Shown: positions 54,345-64,000 of the stretch, in pieces
How positions within the stretch are numbered: the stretch's first letter is position 1
Layout: each line of letters starts with the position of its first letter
Origin: Ostrea edulis
Lineage: Eukaryota
Length of the DNA: 64,000 bases
Reading direction: 5' to 3'
Assembly: GCF_947568905.1 (NCBI RefSeq)
Contig: NC_079171.1
Coordinates: 34,596,001 to 34,660,000, forward strand
Notes under the pieces: generated by a model
What the model was told of the DNA's origin: nothing
Database searches by the model: none
Seen by the model: only the letters and a program-made list of their open reading frames with translations
Position numbers and translations under genes: made by a program

Positions 54345-55743
54345 AGAGAAAAAACATTCATTAATCACCACTTTTAATTTTGTTAGGGTAGGGGTAGGGG
54401 TACAAAAAAGAGCGTTTATCGTAGAAAAACTGTTTTATTGAAGCTATTCAGATGCATTGTTTAAACATCATTTATGTTTAAGGTAATGGTGTCAATAACG
54501 TTCAGGAAATTGTTACAATCCATCGTGTAGCTTTGCTAAATCTGGTTCCGTGAACATATCGAGATAAAGCTGTTATATGGAGCTTGTGCTAAGACCTGTG
54601 AGACATCTAATGATTATACAAATCTAGATATTTCTTTACACTATCTTTTAAAATTAACAGTTTCTTTCTTAATCGTTAATGGCAATGTAAATTAATATCA
54701 GTATGGCCTCTCTTATAAAAGGTAAAGATAACGAATAGTGATCAATATCATAACTCCGAGGGACACGCACCAAACTCCTGTAGCCTATCTCCCTTATAGA
54801 ATCCACAGAATGAAACCTTCTTATACTGGGTGACATGTCAGTCAGTATAATTGCATCGTTATTGTTTATATTCACGAAAGAACATATATCGAGCTACAAG
54901 TATCCTTATAAATTTCTTCCACGGCATAACCAATTATTTTATGCAACTGGATTGATTGATAAAGCTATCAACATTCTATAAATTATGCGCCTGAAAACGA
55001 ACAGATTTAAATGGCGATTTTGTAAAGAAAAAAAGAGTAGATGGATAAATAAGGTAATGACAAATTCACAGTACTCTATAACAATAAACACTCGCATGCA
55101 TCCATAGCACTTAGCTCACAGGTGATGATGTCTCAATATGAGTAGAATATTCCAAAGGCCGTGAAAAATTACAAAGATATATCAGGTTTACAAACAGCGG
55201 AAACCATATACTTCAGCTCAACGTCAGATTACTATATAGTTTCTGTTAGGTTTCATTCAGATTACACGTGTATGTAAGTCGAGTGAGTGACTGGGGTTAT
55301 TTCTTTGTTCTTCATATCACGACACATGATTAAATATCAAAATATCGTTCACAATTTCATATTCTGTAGATCGTATTGTAATACATCTCTTGATAACAAA
55401 AACTAATTTGCATATCTTACTCCTGGTTGGTGTATTCTTGTTCTTCTAGCTTTCTGCCAAGTCCCTTTCTATTTATTACACCAATGTATCACTTCTTGTT
55501 CGTGGTCGTACATATCCGGTCGTGATTTGAAGAAAGATGAAGTTTGTGGTATACTGGTACGCCTTGGTATTCTTTATCTGCAAAGTTACAGCCTTCAGTA
55601 AGTTATCTACGTTACTTGTAGAGAAGACACTATATTTATATATCTATTTTAACTTTGCGTTTTCGTTTGATATAATGTTGTCTTTATCAGTGCAAACGAT
55701 TGGAGAAAATTAGAGTGAGTGTCGATACATGAATTCGAACGAT

Positions 55744-55938
55744 CCGTGTAATCATTGGGCGCCAGGAGGCAGGTGATTATATGTAAGGGTTGTGAAAAGA
55801 TAACTTTGCTTAATTGAAGACCTACATCATAACATTATGACCCGTGCAATTATTGGGTGCCAGGAGGCGGGAAATTATATGTAATGGTTTTGAAAACACA
55901 ACTTTGCTTAATTGAAGATCTACATCATAATATTGTGA
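55744..55938 (+). repeat. Two-copy direct repeat, period 98 bp
   Basis: ATTGGG.GCCAGGAGGC...AACTTTGCTTAATTGAAGA.CTACATCATAA occurs twice. Confidence 0.85.
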
Positions 55939-55959
55939 TATATTATAAACTTAGTAATA

Positions 55960-55962
<3 letters not shown>

Positions 55963-55999
<37 letters not shown>
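55963..55999 (+). repeat. Poly(A) tract (~37 nt)
   Basis: Direct reading. Confidence 0.95.
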
Positions 56000-56002
<3 letters not shown>

Positions 56003-56690
56003 TTCATTCAATCAGATTGCACATAAATTTACCACGATTTTGATATAAAAAAAACTTGATAGTTTTTTTTCTGCGTATATAATCGGGATAATTATACGGA
56101 ATTTGTTAACCCGAACTATTTCAACAAATTAACTGAACGGTTTTCCTGCTAAGGTTTTTGTACAATTATATCATACACGTTATTGTTTTCAATAGTCATA
56201 CATTACATTTCTAAAATAATTCAAATATGTAATTCAAAGAAGCTAGGTAAATAAAATCCCAATGCACAGACACTTCCAATTTTCATAATAACGCTGCATT
56301 AAAATATTATTTCATTGATCGTTGTCACTCATGTTCATTTCAAAAAGACAATGATATCAAACTTTTATCAGAAGGTCAGGCCTATGTCAAAAAACAAATA
56401 ATCGGTCAATGGTTGTTACTTTGTTGAAGTGACAAAACCATTATTTATTATAAACTATAATCCCTTCTAATCCAATTTCATCCATGGTTTGTTTTATAAA
56501 AATACGTTTTTGTACTGTATATCAATGGATTCTAAGCGTACTCTGTTTTTCCGCGCAAGGAAGGCAGATTAAGCACGACGTATGAGCCACGGATTCAAAA
56601 CAAATACAATCAGCTGTTTCTACCATACTGGGGATCATCTCAAAATTAAATGAAAAAAAAGACGCATGAGATAAATAGAAAATTCAAAAT

Positions 56691-56810
56691 TGCGTAGCTT
56701 GATATTTGGTTTATGCAACGAGTTGATGTGGTGTATTTATTCGCAAGGCTTGCCGAGCTAATAAATACACCATATCAACTCGTATGATAAACCAAATATC
56801 AAAACACGCA
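56691..56810. repeat. Palindromic element with central CGCAAGGCTTGCCGAG
   Basis: GATATTTGGTTTATGCAACGAGTTGATGTGGTGTATTTATT ... AATAAATACACCATATCAACTCGTATGATAAACCAAATATC. Confidence 0.9.
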
Positions 56811-58845
56811 ATGTAGATATCCTATATTTAGCTTAGATGTGCAGAACAGGAAAACTAATGTAAATTCCTTTACATTTTAGCCTAGTGATACTTTTGATTA
56901 TCATCATGTCACTGATAATGCATTTGGGTTTCTCATTACTGTGATATGACCATTTTTCTAAGTGACAGTGCTTAAGTTTTCAGGTTGTTTTGTTTTTTTT
57001 TAAAATTAAAGACTGAACCACGGGTTGGTTTGTTTAGATTCGTTTTAGATTCGTTTTTGACGTTAAATACATGTATAAACAACATCATTCACTTACACTT
57101 TATAACAAAACTGGATATTCTTCACATAAGGATAATAGCTATATTGAAGCCTTAACTCTGCGTTATGTAAACATAAATCGGGTATTGATTTTGTTTACCA
57201 AGAAACCAACGAAATGCTAATTTTGTAGTTTAAATATCTTCCTCATTTTTCACATACCCTTCAAGTTTCAAATGGCACAGTTCTACCTACATTATATTTT
57301 GAAATGTGATATTTAATATAACCTATGCCCGTACATTTTGAAACCTTTGTAAACAAACACATATATCTTTGTTTACACATTAATAAATTCACTGTAGTTG
57401 ACTTCTGCCATTATGTATAATCATTTTGTCTTTAAAAACCTTTTCAAACACATTTGACAGTATATTTCATCGATCATTAAAATTTTGGGGGAAATTCTAA
57501 AAGGAAGGAAAATAGTGTGCACGAACTGTGTAAAGTTAGATTGTATACATTACTTAAAAACATTCCCTCTAAATATTTTGGATCTTTAAATAACACATCT
57601 TGATTTGTTTAACCTTGCAAGCAGGTATTGCATGATTAAAGATTTTGTGTTCTGTATTACAGTTATTATTTGTATCATGAATAAGATCGCATGTTCATAT
57701 CGATATCATTCTGTTTGTATTTGTATTCCTGACATCTTAAAAGTTTTAATTTTGCAAGGAAGTATGCTAACTTTTCAAATATATTTCTGCGTTGCATGTA
57801 ATAAAGTGAAACGTAGCCAAATCCACCCCTCAGAAAAGCGGTTCATTTGTAAATCCCGGCAGAAATCTTAACATTTTCTTACAAAGAAATTCTCACAAAA
57901 CCGATCACCCCTGAAAACTGGACACCGGCCACTTTTTATAGAACATTTGTCAAGAAGCGTGTGTAATTTTCCTTAAAAAATAACTGCCACTTTTTAAGAC
58001 CATGAAATTTTGGTCAGAGGGGTGATCAAGATGGGCCAGGTGTGAAAAATGACAAGTCAAGCATATGGAATTTATCCACTGTAGTTGTGAAAATACTACT
58101 GGGCTCCATAATTTATATGGTATACCTGTGATGTCCAATGTGTTAGTGACACCGGAAAAATCCTAGCGACACTCCCAAGTTCCATACTTATAAAAAGATG
58201 CACTGAGCCCAGACTTGCATATCCTCATGCACAAAATAAAATTTCAGAAATGGCATAATGTACCTTGAAAAACTTTTATTTGGCGATATTGGCCACGGCT
58301 GCAATTTACAATAACAATAAGGGAGCCAGGCATCAATTATTGCCTTTCTGGCATCCCTGAACAATACAAGCATGAACAGGTGGGCCCTGGGCACAGATAC
58401 TTACCTGTTTGATCACCTAGTATGACAAAATTCAATCATTTAAACACAAACTCAAATGGGAGAACAAGCTGTTGAGCGCTACTGGTGAGCCACAATAGCC
58501 GCCACTAGACTATGCTCTGGCATAGGCTGCGCCACCAGTAGGGCGACCCGTACAATACCACACGGTTACAAATAATTATCAGAGTGTGCTTGACACGATG
58601 AGGCAACATTGAATAATCACTCTAGCCCATATGTGCCTTTCAATTTTAATCCCCCTGCCACCTTCAACACCAATTAATATCCATGTCAATCGAGTACTGG
58701 GTGAAAAATCATCAAGTCAATCAATAACGCCATAAATGACTAGGTGATACTAAATGTCAATACAGAAATCATAGACCCTCAATAGTCTATAAATGGTCAA
58801 TATAAATGTAGGAAAATAAAAAAAAAACTATGACTAAAAGAATGA

Positions 58846-59814
58846 TCAATCAGTAATAGCGCAGCCATGGCCCATTTTCGCCAAGTCTCGGCGAGACCTG
58901 AACGGAATTATCCTTAAAAAGACTTGCAATGCCTGTTGCAATTTAAAACTTATACGGTACCAATTTTGATGCACCAGATGCGCATTTCGACAAATAATGT
59001 CTCTTCAGTGATGCTCAATCGAAATGTTTGAAATCCGAAATAACTATGAAGGTTTAGATCTAAATATAGCCAAAAACAACATGCCAAACAAGTGGAGCCA
59101 AATTCGTCCAAGGATAAGAGCTATGCATGAGGGAGATAATCCTTAATTTTGAAATGAATTTCTAAATTTTATAACAGCAATTAAATATACATCCGTATTT
59201 TCAAGCTAGTAACGAAGTACTTAGCTACTGGGCTGTAGAGACCCTCGGGGACTAACAGTCCACCAGCAGAGGCCTCGACCCAGACAAGTTATTGCCCATG
59301 TCGGAAAGGTGGAGTTTATCCTTAAAGAGCATGCCCGTGTTGACACGATGTAACTCTGGATACCTGATGTACTTCCCCCTGACCTAAGCATATAAGTAGC
59401 CGCATGGCTGTTTACACGAATTCTTATTCTTTCCATGGCAGCTTGGTTTATTCCCCGTCCAGTGAAGGCGTGGCAGTATTTGAGACCAAATCAATATTGT
59501 TGATGGTAGTAATGCTGTTAATTTTTTCATCACAGCCTTTAGCCTGAAACGCAAGTCAACTGATTTCGCCCCTTTGTCCATTGGGATGTTGTTGCCCCCA
59601 CAATGTATAACTACCATGTGAGAGGCATCTTCTACCTTCAGTAGTGTCCTAACTTTAGGGGAAATGTCTTCCAGTCTCATGTCCCCTTTGCCTTGCCAAA
59701 ATATGGTAGCATTGTGGCGGGCTAACTCTAGGTTGGCACCAAATGAAGATGTTCTAGCATAGCAAAAAGCATGCTTAATTATGGACGACCCAATGATCCA
59801 AATTCTTTTTGGAC
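58846..59814 (-). pseudogene. SGNH/GDSL-type hydrolase ORF of the Ngaro element, split by a repeat at 58945-59283
   Basis: Block I WIIGSSII, block II WQGKG, block III HCGGNN, block V DKLHLSDMGNN (frameshifts between blocks); C-terminal KLQQALQVFL resumes beyond the inserted repeat. Confidence 0.82.
58945..59283 (+). repeat. Helitron-associated ~350-bp repeat unit inserted in the Ngaro SGNH ORF
   Basis: Same sequence as 36756-37050 and 14611-14918; no TSD seen. Confidence 0.82.
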
Positions 59815-59900
59815 CTACAATGTGAATATTTAGTATTTTTAATCATTATACTTTACCACCCCCCCCCTCCTCAGATCGAGGCACTACAACATAGGGAACC

Positions 59901-60871
59901 TTATTTCCGAATGTACTTGAACAAACAATGAGATTTCCACCGGCCCTTACTAGCAATATATTATTCGCTAGTTCCAATGACCCAAGCAGAGGAAGCTGCC
60001 CCGATGCGGAAGGAATGGGTTTTGTATACTCGGGTGTCTAATCTTAAATTACTTATAGCCATGCTAAAAACAGACGTTACTTGGTACCTAGTCACTGGTC
60101 TGCCCAAGAGGTGACAACAAAAATGGTCCTCGGATTTTGGGTCTTATGCATGAATGATAGCAAAGTGCGCACTGGGCATGTATACTGAAGCGTAGAGGGT
60201 AGCGTTATAGTTATTCCCTTTCCCACCTGGTCAGTTTTTGAGTGTCTGAGGAAAATGGGGACTGTTTTATTGTGTTCTAGGTAGATTACGTCCCTCGCTT
60301 GTATAGCATGGCCAGGGTCATGCACTGAATTTTGAACCAGTTCTCCCATTCTGAAATACCCGAAGAAAACGGTTGTGAATATGGCCGAGAATAGCGCAAA
60401 TTCACATGGGGATTTGCAAATTGTAGGCAGCAAGCGAAGTATACTCGACAAGATATCCAATGTAAGTGGTTTCCTGTCGTCATCACGCGGGTTTTTACGG
60501 GTCAATCCGACCAGGACTTTTCTGAGTAAAAATGATTGAGTTGAATCATTGACATTGTGTAGATTGCAAAAATATGATAACCCAGATATGTAAGATTTAA
60601 TTGTGTTGGGAGAAAATGGCTTATATGATAGGTACGACACGAAATTTACTAATTCGTGGGAATGGGGATACCACTTTTCTTCGTGGTAGTAAGCCTTGCG
60701 AAAGATGTTAAAAACATTCAGTGCCGTGTCATACAACTTCCTAGTATTGTCGGAAATGGAGTAACTCAAGAGGTCTTGAAATCTACGTTGTAGATCAATT
60801 GCAGAAAAGACTGAGGAATTGCTACTGGTTGTTCCTCTGAGTCCGGGAAGCTGGCCCGGAAACGTGACCAT
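59901..60871 (-). pseudogene. Tyrosine recombinase of the retroelement (frameshift near 60.1 kb, one internal stop)
   Basis: N-terminal SAM-like region (SDNTRKLY...SPNTIKSYISGL); catalytic box motifs YFRMGEL, SKTDQ, THSFRIGAA, GRWKS, KYIR. Confidence 0.92.
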
Positions 60872-62483
60872 TGTTGTCGAGAAAGAGAATCAGCTTTAAC
60901 AGTATGTTGGCCTAGGATATCTGACGCCTTAAACTGAATATTGTACACCAACCCTTGGAGAAATAACTTCCTCAGCAAATACATGACCCTTTTTGATTTG
61001 GATGTTTTGGAATTGAGAATGGATACAAGGGCTAGATTATCCATATGAAGGATTACTCGCCTGCCAGCTAGTTTCTTGCCCCAAATATCGAAAGCCATAG
61101 TTATTGGTACTAACTCCAGAAAAGTAATATATTTAATAAGTTCTGACCCTTCCCACTGAGCTGGCCAGCGCATAAATGCCCATTGCTGGCCTAATATAGC
61201 ACCACAACCTAATTTCATACTTTCCGCACTATCAATAAACAACTCCAATTCAAAAGCAATTGTCCAATCTACTGTTCTGTATGATGCGACTCCATTAAAG
61301 CACTCTAAAACATTAGCCAAATTTCAACGTCTGCCCTCATTTCTAAACTGATCCTGCGCTTGTGATGTGGTCTTGACAGTCCACAAGTAGCATCATATAG
61401 CCTTCTAACAAAAGCCCTACCAGATGGAATGGCCCTAATACAAGAATTAAACAAACCTGTAAGGGACTGGAACTCTTTCAGCGTGACTATGCGTTTCGAT
61501 GGTATACATAGTAATTGAGTCTTAAGCTGTTGCAATTTGTCTAGGGATATTCTGATTGTCATATTGGCAGTGTCGATTTCTAAACCGAGAAATACTAAGT
61601 TGTTGGTAGGACCAATATTTTTTTCGTGAGCCAATGGGACCCCAAGATCGGAACAGATGGAACAGAAAATTGACATTAGCCTCGCGCAATCTTCAGTACC
61701 CTTTCTATCTGCCATTAGAAAGTTGTCTAGATAATGCACCACATTAAGGCTATTGGCTTGCTGCTTAAGTGCCCACTCTAAAAAATGTTGAAAATTTCTC
61801 AAATTTTGCGCAGCTCACGGAACATCCGAAAGGTAGATACTTATCCACAAATATCATTCCCTTAATTTTGAAGTCCAATGATTGAAAATCGGATTTGTGG
61901 ACTGGCAACAACCTAAATGCATTTTTGTATATTTAGACGTGCTACTAGGGCTTCTGGACCCAACCTTGCGAGCATGTATAATGCTTCGTCAAAAGATGAG
62001 TATTTCACGGAAAAATACTTTTTATCTATATGATCGTTGGTACTATTTCCAGGGAAATGGGATAAATGGTGAATTAATCTATAAGAACCCCCCTTCTTTG
62101 GCACCATGCCCACTGGGGATAATCTAAGGTTCTGCAGAGGGCGCGGTCAAATGACCTGCAACTCTACCCTATGAAATATCCTTAACAGCTAATTGAATCG
62201 CTTGATAATTTAAACCAGCCATAGATTTAAGATTTTTACAATCAGTGGCAACACGTCGTCCTTGATAACAAAGCTTAAACGCATAAGTAAACCCTTGCAA
62301 CAATTCTAAAGCCACCGAACCGAGTGGGTACATGGTCAATAATTTGCTCAACATGCGCACCTTGACTGGGCTTGTTGCGATATTAGTGAGGTCTAAATGA
62401 CTGGACATGAGGGGCTCTACTAGTTGAACTTGGTTGTGTGGATCTCTTGGGTTGATGAGGTCGCCAAGTTGCTTGCATATCAC
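60766..62483 (-). pseudogene. Ngaro reverse transcriptase + RNase H (frameshifted)
   Basis: GMVPKKGGSYRLIHHLS, HYLDNF (YLDD mutated), LGVPLAHEK, FLGLEIDT; RNase H LFIDSAE...ITFLELVPI...WG...HMDN. Confidence 0.9.
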
Positions 62484-63412
62484 CAGACCTAAAATCTAAA
62501 CTGGTGTCTGAGGATGTTTTATGCCTGATGTAGGGGTGATTTTGTGAACATGATATGCATTCATGTTTATATTGGCACCGATATTTGTTACATTGCCCCT
62601 TGTAATTAAAATCATAACACTTAAGGAGCGATGCCTGGCTGTAGGAAAAATGGGTGGTTGTATTATACATGTACAGGAGCCATAGCTCTTGGTCAACAGC
62701 AGCAAATGAAAGGGAAGAGTTAGCCTCCTTCTTCAACCTAAATTGAACATCATAACCGCGCCATCCTAAGGTCTTAACTCTAATTGCCTCCAGCCTAATG
62801 GTATGGATATATTTAAATAGTTGGGTCCTTGCTCTCATGATGTGCTGAAGCATATATTGACGCATAGATGAGGAAAGCATCAGTCCAAACCTGAATATCG
62901 GTTATGACCTTGGCTTTGGACTTAGAGGCCAAAGTAAGTCTACCCTCTTTCATGGAAAAATATTTAGTGTCATCGTTGGGATCAACCCCCTCAGAATTTT
63001 CAACCAACAACCCCAAATTTATAAATTCCCCATTTACAATTTTGTGTTTCAATCTATTTGGCACCATGTGCCCAAAATCATTGTCATAACTCTGCGTTTG
63101 AGCAAGATAGTTACTAGAAAATATATCAGGTTCTGTACCTGTACTCGGCTCATCTGCAGGCATGCTTGGCAGGAGGGGTTCTATGGGCATGCATTGAGAC
63201 TGCCTGGATATGTCTGCCACGCCTTGCGACACCTGAAGCAACTGCTTATTGGTAAATGGCGTTGTTGGGATCTGGGGCCCCGTGTTTGATGGTTCTCTTG
63301 CTAGTTGACTTGGGGCGGGAACTAAGGTAGCGTTGTCCGATCCATCAGTACCCTTAGGACGCCTCCTCGACTTAACTGCGGGCATGGGTTGTTGGTCCTT
63401 CCTCTTTGGCAT
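62383..63412 (-). pseudogene. Ngaro gag-like ORF1 (frameshifted near 62.83 kb)
   Basis: DIQVWTDAFLIYASIY; LGWRGYDVQFRL; C-terminal Cys/His finger CYDFNYKGQCNKYRCQYKHECISCSQNH. Confidence 0.8.
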
Positions 63413-64000
63413 TGTTAATATTGCTCGTTGACAAGAAACTAATGAAATTAATTAATAACCTATATGTCGCGGGATGGGAAAATTGGAAGTTGAAGATTTG
63501 AGCCACTTGTAGACGCCAAAAAATGAATAGTTTAATCCGAGTGAAATTTGCAAATTCTGTGGCCATCAGAGAGTTTAAATGGTACGATTACCTTTAAAGA
63601 ATGCTACCACATAGCACGAGAAAATGGTAAAGAAAATAGTTTAAATGAATAATTGAGTGTTATAAATTTTAATCGGAGAAATCTCAAACACGTCTTACCT
63701 TGATTTTTGTTTGCAGACGACTGACGGCTTTGTGTATGACGTCACATGTTTTGCTGTGCTGGGCTAATATCCCGAAAATCGTGACGTGGATGACTCTAAG
63801 AACCCGGGGTGGTGCCCTTGGGATGCCGGAAAATAGAACAGTAATGAAAAATAAATAAAAGCTCTGTATCACTTTGATAAATGGATTTAACCTCTAGTGG
63901 TTAAATCACAATAATGTATAATGTACATATTTAACACAGTATCAAATTCCATATTGTTGGACTCTCGTATGGATATAAGCGAAAGTGAATTAAGAACAAG

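Larger units (their letters stand above)
58846..63570 (-). mobile_element. Decayed Ngaro-type DIRS-order (tyrosine recombinase) retrotransposon
   Basis: Order gag - RT/RNase H - YR - SGNH hydrolase with overlapping ORFs; multiple frameshifts and stops; true termini not identified. Confidence 0.88.

Noticed and set aside
55421-55577. Orphan minus-strand exon (cag…|gtaaga; RIPRRTSIPQ…)
   Set aside because: All frames contain stops and no partner exons were found.
58340-63832. Inverted 13-bp match (GGGATGCC.GAAA) as DIRS terminal inverted repeats
   Set aside because: Too short and mismatched to distinguish from chance; Ngaro elements have split direct repeats instead.

Overview
AT-rich eukaryotic genomic DNA, repeat-rich and with GT-AG introns. 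Repeat families and gene content suggest a bivalve, probably an oyster (inference from recalled repeat families, not from a search). (1) A + strand gene runs 45..39114 and starts upstream of the window. I reconstructed 20 phase-consistent coding exons (~1,360 aa) encoding a membrane-anchored VWDE-like protein: galactose-binding-like region, EGF repeats, vWD domain, RRRKR furin-type site, EGF, Thr/Ser mucin stalk, TM helix and short tail. (2) A 4-exon minus-strand gene (42219..45181) encodes a secreted PAN/apple + C-type lectin (QPD). (3) A decayed Ngaro-type tyrosine-recombinase retrotransposon lies on the minus strand (~58.8-63.6 kb): gag with Zn-finger, RT/RNase H, YR and an SGNH hydrolase ORF. 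The SGNH ORF has no ATG, sits behind a splice-acceptor-like site and is split by a Helitron-like unit. (4) A Penelope-like (probably Naiad-type) element at 47.3-49.75 kb is split by a short-TIR insertion; its 3' module recurs as many solo copies, and one copy forms the acceptor tract of a VWDE exon. Also present: SINEs, MITEs, a satellite-bearing HINE-like element, palindromes, microsatellites, a 135-bp N gap, and a possible decayed spliced gene nested antisense in a VWDE intron. No CRISPR, rRNA or intact tRNA gene is supported.
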